Origin: an uncultured Actinomycetes bacterium | GTDB taxonomy: Bacteria; Actinomycetota; Thermoleophilia; Gaiellales; JAICJC01 | Direction of reading: 5' to 3' | Assembly (NCBI GenBank): GCA_963794415.1 | Contig: CAWCDI010000001.1 | Location: 830,775 to 894,774 of the forward strand | Length of the DNA stretch: 64,000 nt | Shown: piece after piece, positions 39,074-48,231 of the stretch | How positions within the stretch are numbered: position 1 is the stretch's first letter | Layout of the letters: each line of letters starts with the position of its first letter | The notes under the pieces: generated by a model | Told to the model about the DNA's origin: nothing | Database searches by the model: none | Seen by the model: the letters and a program-made list of their open reading frames with translations, nothing else | Translations under genes and position numbers: made by a program

Positions 39074-40168
39074 ATGGAGAAAAAAGAAGAGGCTCTGGAC
39101 GCGGCGGTCAGCCAGATCGAGCGTCAGTTCGGCAAGGGCGCGATCATGAAGATGGGGGATGCGTCTCCCGTCGATATCGACGTCGTCTCCACCGGTGCGC
39201 TCTCGCTCGACCTCGCGCTCGGCATCGGCGGCCTCCCGCGCGGACGCGTCGTCGAGGTGTTCGGCCCCGAGTCCTCGGGCAAGACGACGCTCTGCTACCA
39301 CGTCATCGCAGAGGCGCAGCGCAAGGGCGGCCTGGCCGCATTCATCGATGCAGAGCATGCGATGGACCCGAGCTATGCGCGCCGCATCGGCGTGAACGTG
39401 GACGATCTCCTGCTGTCGCAGCCCGACAACGGCGAGCAGGCGCTCGAGATCGCCGAGATGCTCATCCGCTCCGGCGCGCTCGACGTGCTGGTGATCGACT
39501 CCGTGGCCGCACTGGTGCCACGGGCCGAGATCGAGGGTGAGATGGGCGATTCGCACGTCGGCTTGCAGGCACGCCTGATGAGCCAGGCGCTGCGGAAGAT
39601 CGCCGGTAACCTCAACCGCACCGGCACCATCTGCATCTTCACCAACCAGCTGCGCGAGAAGATCGGCGTGATGTTCGGCTCGCCCGAGACCACCACCGGC
39701 GGCCGTGCGCTCAAGTTCTACTCGTCGGTGCGGCTCGACATCCGCCGCATCGAGACGCTCAAGGAGGGCACCGAGGCCGTCGGCAACCGCTGCCGCGTCA
39801 AGGTCGTCAAGAACAAGGTCTCACCGCCGTTCAAGCAGGCCGAGTTCGATATCGCGTACGGCGAGGGCATCTCCTGGGAGGGCTCGGTGCTGGACGTCGC
39901 GCTCGAGAAGAAGGTCATCACGAAGGCCGGCTCGTACTTCTCGTTCGGAGACGAGCGGCTCGGACAGGGCCGCACCAACGTCAAGGCGTTCATGGTCGAG
40001 CATCCCGACGTCACCACCAAGGTGCTCGAGGGCATCCAGGCGGCGATGCCCGATACGGTCGTGCCAATCCGCGAGCCGCGGGAGCATCCGCCGGTCACCA
40101 TCCCGCAGGACGTGGCTGATTCGGCCGAGGTCTCCGAGCACTCGCTGAGCACGCAGAACTCCAAGTAG
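39074..40168 (+). CDS. recA: recombinase RecA
   Basis: ..[23 protein letters not shown].., Walker [10 protein letters not shown], ..[29 protein letters not shown]... Start ATG 39074 behind GGAAGG. Confidence 0.98.
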   Translation: MEKKEEALDAAVSQIERQFGKGAIMKMGDASPVDIDVVSTGALSLDLALGIGGLPRGRVVEVFGPESSGKTTLCYHVIAEAQRKGGLAAFIDAEHAMDPSYARRIGVNVDDLLLSQPDNGEQALEIAEMLIRSGALDVLVIDSVAALVPRAEIEGEMGDSHVGLQARLMSQALRKIAGNLNRTGTICIFTNQLREKIGVMFGSPETTTGGRALKFYSSVRLDIRRIETLKEGTEAVGNRCRVKVVKNKVSPPFKQAEFDIAYGEGISWEGSVLDVALEKKVITKAGSYFSFGDERLGQGRTNVKAFMVEHPDVTTKVLEGIQAAMPDTVVPIREPREHPPVTIPQDVADSAEVSEHSLSTQNSK

Positions 40169-40184
40169 CCCAGCACGCCCGCTG

Positions 40185-40796
40185 GTGCCTTCGGTACGCG
40201 CACTTCGTCGCCCCTCGGCGTATCCGGCACTGGTCGATGTCTGCCTGACAGACGGAGATCAGTGCCGGGTGCACGAGCGGCGGCTGCTGGAGTTCGATCT
40301 GACGGTCGGCACGCCGGTGACCGGCGAGACGCTCGGCGAGCTGCAGCGCTGCGCGGGCATCGACGCCGCAGAGCGGCGCATGGTGGGGCTCATCGCGCGG
40401 CGGGCTCGGTCGGAGGCCGAGATCCGCGACCGGCTCGAGACCCTCGGCATCGATGAGGCCGCCACCGCTGACATGCTCGAGCGGTTTCGCAGCATCGGGC
40501 TGCTCGATGACCAGGCCCTCGCCGAGGATGTCGCCGACCGCACGCGGCGGCGCGGTCATGGGGAGCTTCGCACGCGAAGCGATCTGCGGCGGCTCAGGGT
40601 CGAGCCCGACGTGGCGGCCACCGTGCTGACCGCAACCCCGCAGGAGCAGCGGGAGCAGGCAGAGGCGGCCATCCTGAAGCGGTTCGGGGAGATTCCCGCC
40701 GAACCGGCCGGCCTGTCGCGCGCGTCGGCGTTCCTTGCCCGCCGCGGCTACGACGCTGACACCGTCGCCGCCGTGCTGCGCCTCGATCTGGACTGA
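40185..40796 (+). CDS. recX: recombination regulator RecX
   Basis: 203 aa of helical repeats (..ARRARSEAEIRDRL.., ..FLARRGYDADTVAAVL..). Directly downstream of recA. Confidence 0.85.
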   Translation: MPSVRALRRPSAYPALVDVCLTDGDQCRVHERRLLEFDLTVGTPVTGETLGELQRCAGIDAAERRMVGLIARRARSEAEIRDRLETLGIDEAATADMLERFRSIGLLDDQALAEDVADRTRRRGHGELRTRSDLRRLRVEPDVAATVLTATPQEQREQAEAAILKRFGEIPAEPAGLSRASAFLARRGYDADTVAAVLRLDLD

Positions 40797-41052
40797 CGCC
40801 TCTGCCGGCAGATTGCGTCGCGATTGCAGATCCGGGTACGATGATTCCATCGTGTGAACTCTGATGAGCGGCTGTCCCGGCCTCGAGCCGGGGGCTATCC
40901 CGGCCTCACTCGTCGCGGTTCGCGTCCCAGCTTCGTGTTCGCGGAGCCGATGCGAGCGGTGACCGGTGGATCCGGGCATCACCAGGGAACACGCTGGATC
41001 TATTGACTTTCAGCCCTCCGTCCGGGGGGCAAAAATACTCGAAGGAGACGCG

Positions 41053-42582
41053 GTGGAGACTCTTCTCATCCCGCTCGCGCTCGTTGTCGGAATCGCCGCG
41101 GGATACGTGGTGCACAGCCGTATGGGCGCTTCACGGCTGTCGGATGCACAACGGGAGGCCGACAGGATCCTGCAGGACGCCAATCGCGAGGCTGAGGCCC
41201 AGATGAAGGACGCACGGGTCACGGCGCGAGAGGAGCTCCTGGCGCAGCGGTCAGACAGCGAGCGTGAGATCTCGGATCGTAAGGCCGAGGTGGCGAAGCT
41301 CGAGGAGCGGGTGGCTGCCCGCGACGCGGCGGTCGAGGCCAGATCCGAGGAGCTCTCGCGGCGCGAGCAGTCCATCTCGGATCGCGACGCGCACGCCAAG
41401 CAGCTCCAGGAGGAGCTGAAGGCGGCTCGCGACTCCGAGCTCACCGAGCTCGAGCGCATCTCCACGGTGACCGCAGCCCAGGCACGCGAGATGCTGCTGG
41501 AGCGGACCGAGGAGACCAGCCGTAAGCAGATGGCAAAGCTCGTACGCGCCGTGGAGGAGGAGGCCAAGCTCGAGGCCGACCGGCGCGCCCGCAACATCCT
41601 CTCGGTCGCGATCCAGCGGGTCGCCTCGGGGCATACGGCCGAGACCACGGTGTCGGTCGTCCAGCTGCCGTCGGACGACCTGAAGGGCCGGATCATCGGC
41701 CGCGAGGGGCGAAACATCCGCGCGCTCGAGAACCTCACCGGCGTTGACATCATCATCGACGACACGCCGCAGGCAGTCGTGCTCTCGGCGTTCGACGGGG
41801 TGCGCCGCGAGATCGCCCGGCTTACCATCCAGAGCCTCATCGCCGACGGCCGGATCCATCCCTCGCGCATCGAGGAGATGTACCACCAGGCCAAGACCGA
41901 CATCGAGCAGAAGATCGTCGAGGCGGGGGAGCGGGCATCGCTCGAGGCAAACGTGCACGGCCTGCACCCGGAGCTCATCAAGGTGCTCGGCCGGCTCCAC
42001 TACCGCACCTCCTACGGCCAGAACGTGCTGAAGCACTCGGTGGAGTGCGCCCACCTGGCGGCCATCATGGCGGCGGAGCTCGGCGCGAGCCAGAAGACGG
42101 CCCGCCGTGCGGCGCTCCTGCACGACCTCGGGAAGGCCGTCACCCATGAGGTGGAAGGCCCGCACGCCGTCATCTCGGCACAGCTCGCCAAGCGCTATCG
42201 CGAGAGCCCCAGCGTGTGCCACGCAATTGAGGCCCACCACTACGACGTGGAGCCCCAGACCGTCGAGGCGGTGCTCGTGATCGCGGCCGACGCGGTGTCG
42301 GCATCGCGCCCCGGCGGCCGCGGCGAGAACCTCGAGAACTACATCCAGCGGCTGGAAGCGCTCGAGGAGATCGCGACCTCCAAGAACGGCGTCGAGCGCT
42401 GCTATGCGATGCAGGCGGGACGCGAGGTGCGCGTGATGGTGCGGCCCGAGGAGATCGACGACGACACGGCGGTGCTCCTGAGCCAGGAGATCGCCCGCGA
42501 GATCGAGGACAACCTCGAGTACCCGGGGCAGATCAAGGTCACCGTCATCCGCGAGTCACGAGCCACCGAGATCGCCACGTGA
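41053..42582 (+). CDS. rny: ribonuclease Y
   Basis: N-terminal TM helix, long coiled-coil, KH (GRIIGREGRNIRALE), HD domain (..HSVECAHLAAIMA..LLHDLGK..). Start GTG 41053 behind GAAGGAG. Confidence 0.95.
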   Translation: METLLIPLALVVGIAAGYVVHSRMGASRLSDAQREADRILQDANREAEAQMKDARVTAREELLAQRSDSEREISDRKAEVAKLEERVAARDAAVEARSEELSRREQSISDRDAHAKQLQEELKAARDSELTELERISTVTAAQAREMLLERTEETSRKQMAKLVRAVEEEAKLEADRRARNILSVAIQRVASGHTAETTVSVVQLPSDDLKGRIIGREGRNIRALENLTGVDIIIDDTPQAVVLSAFDGVRREIARLTIQSLIADGRIHPSRIEEMYHQAKTDIEQKIVEAGERASLEANVHGLHPELIKVLGRLHYRTSYGQNVLKHSVECAHLAAIMAAELGASQKTARRAALLHDLGKAVTHEVEGPHAVISAQLAKRYRESPSVCHAIEAHHYDVEPQTVEAVLVIAADAVSASRPGGRGENLENYIQRLEALEEIATSKNGVERCYAMQAGREVRVMVRPEEIDDDTAVLLSQEIAREIEDNLEYPGQIKVTVIRESRATEIAT

Positions 42583-42588
42583 GGGGAT

Positions 42589-42616
42589 TTACAGAAGCCT
42601 TACAGCACGGCTGTAG
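42589..42616 (+). promoter_or_regulatory. 11-bp-phased hexamer repeats (candidate response-regulator binding site / hairpin)
   Basis: TTACAG (42589) - N5 - TTACAG (42600) - N5 - CTGTAG (42611). Copies 2 and 3 also form the inverted repeat TACAGC-ACG-GCTGTA. Confidence 0.4.
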
Positions 42617-42649
42617 ACGGATCGCACACCCTCGCCAATACTGAGAATC

Positions 42650-43108
42650 ATGAGAAGGGTCACGGGTCTACTGGTGGTAAGCCTCCTGGCGCTCGGCACT
42701 GCGGCCTCGGTCGCGACAGCATCGCCGAGGCAGCTTCTGGCGAACTGCACCAACTGCGGGTACGTCTCGGCGCACGGCACGGGCACCATCACCGAGCGCG
42801 CGACGAGCGGCATCGGCTTTGCAACCGTCAACCACGGTTCCATCGCCATCCGGTACGGCCGCACGAAGGTGCACGGCGCGTCGAGGCACCACTGGAACCG
42901 ATCGCTGCATGCCATGGTCTACACCGGGAAGCGCATGTCGTTCACCGGCACCGGAGCGTTCTGGGTACGCATCCAGGGGCAGATCTCGAACTTCGGTTCG
43001 ACCGCCCGCGCGAGCGTTACCCTGCGTGGGTCGGGCGTCTACACTCTGAACAACGGTTCACGCAGAGCGTGGTCGCACTCCCCCCACACGTACGCAGTCC
43101 GGTGGTAA
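42650..43108 (+). CDS. secreted hypothetical protein
   Basis: Signal peptide MRRVTGLLVVSLLALGTAASVATA. No family motif recognised. 3 nt upstream of the response-regulator gene, so probably co-transcribed. Confidence 0.5.
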   Translation: MRRVTGLLVVSLLALGTAASVATASPRQLLANCTNCGYVSAHGTGTITERATSGIGFATVNHGSIAIRYGRTKVHGASRHHWNRSLHAMVYTGKRMSFTGTGAFWVRIQGQISNFGSTARASVTLRGSGVYTLNNGSRRAWSHSPHTYAVRW

Positions 43109-43111
43109 ACC

Positions 43112-43801
43112 TTGGCGGAAAAAATTCTGATCGTCGAAGACGAACGCAACATTGCCTCGTTCGTCTCGATGTATCTGAAAAAAGAGCGCTACGCGGTTGA
43201 TATCGCTCGCGACGGCGCGGAAGCCCTCGCGAAGTTCGAGAGCGTCAAGCCCGACCTGATGGTGCTCGATCTCATGCTGCCCGACATGGACGGGCTCGAG
43301 ATCTGCCGCCAGATCCGCACCACCTCGGACGTGCCGATCCTGATGCTCACCGCCCGCGACGACGACGTGGACAAGATCGTCGGCCTGGAGGTGGGGGCGG
43401 ACGACTACCTGACCAAGCCGTTCAACCCGCGTGAGCTGGTTGCCCGCATCAAGACCATCCTCCGCCGGTCGGCGACCACCGCCCGGCGCCCGCAGGAGGC
43501 CGCGATGGAGCACGGCAACGTGCGCATCGACGCCGGCCGCCGCGAGGTGACCGTCCGGGGGGAGCAGGTGCAGCTCGCGCCGAAGGAGTTCGACCTGCTG
43601 TGGGAGCTGCTCGATCACCGCGGTCTCGTCCTCACCCGAGACCAGCTGCTCGAGCGGGTGTGGGGCTACACCTTCGCGGGCGATACCCGCACCGTGGACG
43701 TGCACGTGCGCCAACTCCGGCGTAAGCTCGGCGACGACTGTCCGGTAGCCACCGTCTGGGGCGTCGGATACAAAGTCGCAGACGATGCTTCGCTCACTTA
43801 G
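43112..43801 (+). CDS. OmpR/PhoB-family response regulator
   Basis: Receiver domain ([16 protein letters not shown], ..LTARDD.., K in YLTKPF) plus winged-helix output (..[25 protein letters not shown]..). Confidence 0.9.
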   Translation: MAEKILIVEDERNIASFVSMYLKKERYAVDIARDGAEALAKFESVKPDLMVLDLMLPDMDGLEICRQIRTTSDVPILMLTARDDDVDKIVGLEVGADDYLTKPFNPRELVARIKTILRRSATTARRPQEAAMEHGNVRIDAGRREVTVRGEQVQLAPKEFDLLWELLDHRGLVLTRDQLLERVWGYTFAGDTRTVDVHVRQLRRKLGDDCPVATVWGVGYKVADDASLT

Positions 43802-45203
43802 GGCCCGACTCGCATTCCTCTTCGTCGGCACGCTGCTCCTCGCGACAGTGATCGCCGGGGCGGTGGTCGTGAGCCTCTACCAGTCCTACAGCCGCGACCA
43901 GACCGTGAAGACCCTCACGATGCAGGTCAACGGCGTCGCCGCCTACTACGGCCACGCGTGGGACTCGGTGTACAACAAGCAGAAGCAGGTGCAGCTGGTC
44001 TCGCCCTCGGACTTCGAGGAGGCGACGGCCGCACACCTCTACTTCACCGGCCCGCAGATGTTCAACGGCCAGGGTGCCCAGAACCCCAATCCGGCGAAGG
44101 GGAACATCCCGCCGGAGACCGTGACGACGCTCAAGGAGAACGACCGCAAGGTGGTGGAGTTCCACTCGATGGACGCTCCCGAGAGCGGCAAGCTCATCGG
44201 CGTGGCCGCACCGGTCTACGGCAACGGCAACCCGATCGGCCTCGTCGTCCTCGCCAAGCCCCTGACCGACGTGAACAACGCGTGGAAGAACGTCCTCGGC
44301 CTGGTCATCATCGGCACGCTGATTGGCCTTGCAGTGGCGTTCGTGCTGGCCACGTTCGTCTCGCGCCGCATCACGCGGCCGCTCACGCTCATCGGCACGG
44401 CGGCCGACCGCGTGGCCCGCGGCGATCTGGATGTGAACGTCGTCTCCGAGAAGACCTCCGACGACGAGCTCGGCCAGCTCGCCACGCGGTTCCAGGGCAT
44501 GGTGGACCGCCTCCGCGAGATCGACGAGCTCGAGCGGAACTTCCTGATGCGCGTCACCCACGAGCTGCGCACGCCTCTCACCGCCATCTCGGGCCACGTG
44601 CAGGCGGTCTCGGAGGGCATCGTCGAGCCCGAGGACATGGATGACTCGCTCACGGCGGTGAACGAGGAGGTGCGCCGGCTCGAGCGGCTCGTGAACGACC
44701 TGCTCGACCTGACCCGCCTGGAGGCCCACCAGTTCAGGGTGGTGCAGGAGGAGGTCGGCCTCGAGGCGCTCCTCGAGCAGGCCGCCGCCGGCTTCCGCGA
44801 GATCGCCCGCGCCAACGAGGTCGATTTCGACACCACCACCGCTGCAGCGCCCACGGTGATCACCGACGGCGACCGCGTGCTTCAGATCGTCAACAACCTC
44901 CTGGACAACGCCTTCCGCTGGACGCCGCGCGGCGGCTCGGTGAAGCTCGCCTGCATCACCTCGAGCGGCGTCGCCGCGATCACGGTGACCGATACCGGCC
45001 CGGGCATCTCGCCGTCCGACCACGAGGCCGTGTTCCACCCGTTCTACAGCCGGCGGGGTGAGGGCGGCACCGGCCTGGGGCTCTCCATCGCGCGCGAGCT
45101 GGCATCCGCGCTCGGCGGCCGGCTGACCGTCACGAGCGAGCCGGGGGAGGGGTCGACGTTCACGCTCTCGCTCCCGCGCAAGCGCCGGCGGCTACGCCGA
45201 TAG
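43785..45203 (+). CDS. sensor histidine kinase (HAMP-HisKA-HATPase_c)
   Basis: Two TM helices flank a ~140-aa periplasmic-type loop. H box [13 protein letters not shown] box ..[11 protein letters not shown].., G boxes DTGPGI / GTGLGLSI. Overlaps the RR gene by 17 nt. Confidence 0.9.
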   Translation: MLRSLRARLAFLFVGTLLLATVIAGAVVVSLYQSYSRDQTVKTLTMQVNGVAAYYGHAWDSVYNKQKQVQLVSPSDFEEATAAHLYFTGPQMFNGQGAQNPNPAKGNIPPETVTTLKENDRKVVEFHSMDAPESGKLIGVAAPVYGNGNPIGLVVLAKPLTDVNNAWKNVLGLVIIGTLIGLAVAFVLATFVSRRITRPLTLIGTAADRVARGDLDVNVVSEKTSDDELGQLATRFQGMVDRLREIDELERNFLMRVTHELRTPLTAISGHVQAVSEGIVEPEDMDDSLTAVNEEVRRLERLVNDLLDLTRLEAHQFRVVQEEVGLEALLEQAAAGFREIARANEVDFDTTTAAAPTVITDGDRVLQIVNNLLDNAFRWTPRGGSVKLACITSSGVAAITVTDTGPGISPSDHEAVFHPFYSRRGEGGTGLGLSIARELASALGGRLTVTSEPGEGSTFTLSLPRKRRRLRR

Positions 45204-45710
45204 GCTGAGCTTCGCCTGCGCGGCCCGGTACGCCGCCAGATCGTCGTCGGAGAAGAGCACGAAGCGGATCAGGCCCACGCCGGGCGCGCGCTGGCCGGCG
45301 GCCCAGGCCGACGCCAGGGCGATGGTGGATGCCCGCGTCACCGGAAACCCGTAGATGCCGGTCGAGATCGACGGAAACGCGACCGATTGGCAGCCGAGCC
45401 CGGCCGCGGTCTCGACCGAGCGCCGATAGGCCGACGCAAGGAGCTCGGGCTCGCTCTCCTTGCCGCCCCGCCACACGGGGCCGACGGCGTGGATCACGTA
45501 GCGCGCCTGCAGATCGCCTGCGCCCGTCGCAACGGCATCGCCCGGCCTGCAGCCACCGGCGCGGCGGCACTCCTCCATGATCGCCGGGCCGCCCGCGCGA
45601 TGGATCGCGCCGTCAACCCCGCCGCCGCCGGCCAGCGCCGGGTTCGCGGCGTTCACGATCGCGTCCACCACCTGCAGCGTGATGTCGCCGCGCACCAGCT
45701 CGAGCTTCAC
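45192..45710 (-). CDS. macro domain protein (O-acetyl-ADP-ribose deacetylase / ADP-ribose-binding family)
   Basis: 172 aa, ..[30 protein letters not shown].., ..[12 protein letters not shown]... Start GTG 45710. The 557-aa ORF in the track is a read-through artefact. Confidence 0.85.
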   Translation of the reverse strand: MKLELVRGDITLQVVDAIVNAANPALAGGGGVDGAIHRAGGPAIMEECRRAGGCRPGDAVATGAGDLQARYVIHAVGPVWRGGKESEPELLASAYRRSVETAAGLGCQSVAFPSISTGIYGFPVTRASTIALASAWAAGQRAPGVGLIRFVLFSDDDLAAYRAAQAKLSLSA

Positions 45711-46669
45711 GCCGGCCCCGTCGAGTCGCGCAGCACCAGCGTGGGGGGAAACTCGACCGATGCGGGCTGTGATCCGCCGGTGAACGCCCTGTTCAGGATC
45801 CGCGCGGCGGTGGCCGCCGCCCGCGGCGTGTCCCAGCCGACGGTGGTGAGCGCGGGCGCGAGCAGGGCCGAGAGGGGGTGGTCGTCGAAGCCCGCGACGC
45901 TCACATCGCCGGGCACGCCCAGCCCCAGCCGGCCGCACGCGGCATAGACGCCGCAGGCGATCGCATCGGTGAGCGCAAACACCGCCGTGGGGCGGTCGGC
46001 CGCGCTCAGCGCGGTCACCGCTGATGCTGTCGCCTCGGCCATCGAGAAGCCGCACTCGATGACGGCCGTCTCGTCGGGCTCGGGGTGCACGTGGGGCCCA
46101 GGGCTCATCACCAGCACGCGCTGATGCCCGAGGCCGTGGAGGTGCTCGGTCATCAGCCGCCGCCCGGCAGCCGCATCGAACCGTACAGAGCCTGACGGCG
46201 GCGGAAGCGCCGCGCCCACGGCCACGGTGGGAATGCGCTCGACCACCGCGCGCCAGTCGGGCGAGAGCGGATCGACGGGCAGCACCACGAGGCCGTCGAT
46301 GCGGTGATCCATCAGCCGGGTGGCGACCTGGATCTGGTTTCGGTGGCTGCCCCCGGCGCCGGCGAGCAGCATCTGGCGGCCGTCCTCGCGCAGCTCGCGG
46401 CCGAGCTCTGCAGCGAAGTCCTGGTGCCAGTAGTCGTTGAGGCTCCCGCCGACCACGCCCACGAGCCCGCTCGAGCCGCCGCGCAGCGCGCGGGCGACGG
46501 GATCCGAGCGAAACCCGATCCTCCGGGCCTCGGCGCGCACCCGTGCCGAGGTCTCGGCCGAGACGCGCTCGCCCCGCAGCGCGTAGTGGGCTCCCGCAGG
46601 GGAGAGGCCCGTGAGCTCGGCCAGATCCTTGAGTGTTGGACGTTTGCGTTTGACCGCAGAATCGGGCAT
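45707..46669 (-). CDS. LacI-family transcriptional regulator
   Basis: N-terminal HTH ..PTLKDLAELTGLSPAGAHYALRG.. plus a periplasmic-binding-protein-like sugar-binding core. Its stop overlaps the macro-domain start (GTGA). Confidence 0.85.
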   Translation of the reverse strand: MPDSAVKRKRPTLKDLAELTGLSPAGAHYALRGERVSAETSARVRAEARRIGFRSDPVARALRGGSSGLVGVVGGSLNDYWHQDFAAELGRELREDGRQMLLAGAGGSHRNQIQVATRLMDHRIDGLVVLPVDPLSPDWRAVVERIPTVAVGAALPPPSGSVRFDAAAGRRLMTEHLHGLGHQRVLVMSPGPHVHPEPDETAVIECGFSMAEATASAVTALSAADRPTAVFALTDAIACGVYAACGRLGLGVPGDVSVAGFDDHPLSALLAPALTTVGWDTPRAAATAARILNRAFTGGSQPASVEFPPTLVLRDSTGPA

Positions 46670-46673
46670 GATC

Positions 46674-46689
46674 TGTTAATCGTTTCACA
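46674..46689. promoter_or_regulatory. candidate LacI-family operator
   Basis: TGTTAAT-CG-TTTCACA, an imperfect palindrome centred on CG. The right half equals the GalR/LacI-type half-site CGTTTCACA. Lies 5 nt from the lacI-family start and 21 nt from the divergent amidohydrolase start. Confidence 0.5.
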
Positions 46690-46709
46690 AGACCCCCGGA
46701 GGCGCAAGC

Positions 46710-47673
46710 ATCGCGCGCATCGACTTCCACCAGCATCTCTGGCCCGAACCGCTCCTCGCCGAGCTCGCCCGCCGCTCTGAGGCCCCCTGCCTGAACGGAT
46801 CCGGCCCGGCGAGGCTGCTCGAGCTCGCGTGGGAGCCGAGCTGTGCGACCGACCTCACCCGGCACGAGCTCACCCGCCGCATCGCCGACCTCGACCGCCA
46901 GGAGATCGACGTCGCGGTGCTCTCGATCTCCTCACCGGTGGGGTGTGAGGCGCTCCCCGCGGCCGAGGCAGCGCCGCTGGTCGATGCATACAACGAGGGC
47001 ATCGCGGACGTGGTGCGCGAGCTCGGGCGGGCGGTTCGTCGCACTCGCCGCGGTGGTGCTCGACGACGTCCCGGGCTCGCTCCAGGGCCTTCGCCGGCGG
47101 CTCGATGACGGGTTCGTCGGTCTCTCCGTGCCGTCCGAGCTGATCGCGACCGAGGCGGGGCTCGAGCACGCAGCACCGCTCCTCGAGATCGCCCAGGCCA
47201 GCGGGCGGCCGCTCTTCGTCCATCCCGGGCCCGCCCCGTGGACGCCGCGCGATCCGGCCGCCGGCGACCTGCCGGGGTGGTGGACGTCGCTCGGCCAGTA
47301 CCCGGCGTGGTCGCAGCGCGCGTTCTACACCTGGCGGGCAAACGGCGCGGCCCGCTACCCGGAGCTTCGCACCGTCTGGGCGATCATGGCCGGCGGCGCG
47401 CCGTTCCTCGAGCACCGCCGCAGCGTGTTCAGCGGCGACCCGGGATCCATCGACCAGAACATCTTCTTCGACACCGCGAGCCACGGCCGGGAGGCGATCG
47501 AGCTCACGCTGTCGACCTACGGCGCCGAACAGGTGGTGTACGGCAGCGACCACGCCGTGATCGACACCGAGCCCACCCGCCGCGCGGTGGACGGCCTCGG
47601 CCCAGGCGCGGCCGATCTCATCCTCGAGCAGAACCCCGCCCGGCTGCTCGCAACCAACGGAGGTGAACCATGA
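46710..47673 (+). CDS. amidohydrolase-2 family protein (ACMSD-like decarboxylase/hydrolase), frame interrupted near 47025-47034 and lacking a canonical start codon
   Basis: ..RIDFHQHLWP.. (metal-binding HxH) through ..DAYNEGIADVVRELG in frame 3. Continues as GRFVALAAVVLDD..FVHPG..FDTASHG..VVYGSDH.. in the frame of ORF 46843..47673. GGAGG at 46698-702, then ATC at 46710. Confidence 0.7.
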
Positions 47674-48200
47674 GCGACGACACCCTGTCCGGCATCGACC
47701 GGTGGCTGAGCGAGCGCGCGATCCCCGACCGCGACCTCGAGCCCGCCGAGCTCTCGGCGCTCGCCGCCGATCTGGGCGATCGTGACGATCTGTGGTCGCC
47801 GCTCGAGGAGCACACGCCGCTCAAGCGCCACTACGTGCGGCTGCGGCGCGACCACCACATCGAGGTGTGGCTCATCTGCTGGATGCCTTCGCACGACACC
47901 GGCCTGCACGACCACGACCTCTCGTGCGGCGCAGTGCGCGTGGTGCGCGGCTCCATCGCCGAGGAGCGGCTGGTGATGGGCCGGCCCGAGCTGGACGTGG
48001 ACACCTACCAGACCGGCCAGAGCTTCACGTTCGACGCATCGCGCATCCACAACGTCCGCCACGCGGGCGAGCAGGCCGCGACGTCGCTGCACCTCTACTC
48101 GCCGCCGCTTTGGCGCATGGGCTACTACGAGGAGGGTGCGGACGGCCGCCTGGCGCGCCGCTCGGCCACCTACGTGGAGGAGCTGGGCGCCGGAGTCTGA
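47670..48200 (+). CDS. cysteine dioxygenase type I-like cupin protein
   Basis: 176 aa. Cupin metal motif ..WMPSHDTGLHDHDLS.. and ..IHNVRH.. resemble bacterial CDO homologues. ATGA overlap with the amidohydrolase gene. Confidence 0.7.
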   Translation: MSDDTLSGIDRWLSERAIPDRDLEPAELSALAADLGDRDDLWSPLEEHTPLKRHYVRLRRDHHIEVWLICWMPSHDTGLHDHDLSCGAVRVVRGSIAEERLVMGRPELDVDTYQTGQSFTFDASRIHNVRHAGEQAATSLHLYSPPLWRMGYYEEGADGRLARRSATYVEELGAGV

Positions 48201-48231
48201 GCAGTCCGGAGGATCGGGTACCCTCTGCGAC

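Noticed and set aside
40861-40868. CTGATGAG in the 256-bp recX-rny intergenic region, resembling the hammerhead ribozyme core.
   Set aside because: There is no matching GAAA element, no stem II/III pairing and no cleavage-site context around it. It is an isolated 8-mer match only.
40917-40927. GGTTCGCGTCC, a tRNA T-arm-like sequence in the recX-rny gap.
   Set aside because: Flanking bases cannot form the 5-bp T stem (CGCGG vs CCCAG). No acceptor or anticodon arms could be drawn. No tRNA is supported anywhere in the window.
41003-41036. TTGACT followed by an A-rich stretch (caaaaatact) upstream of rny as a promoter.
   Set aside because: The distance from TTGACT to any acceptable -10 hexamer is about 22 nt. 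That is too long for a standard housekeeping promoter.
45192-46865. 557-aa ORF on the minus strand spanning the macro-domain gene and the whole LacI gene region.
   Set aside because: Only the last 172 codons (from GTG 45710) look like a real protein (macro domain). Upstream it is an out-of-frame read-through across the LacI-family gene, which has its own clean frame with an HTH motif.
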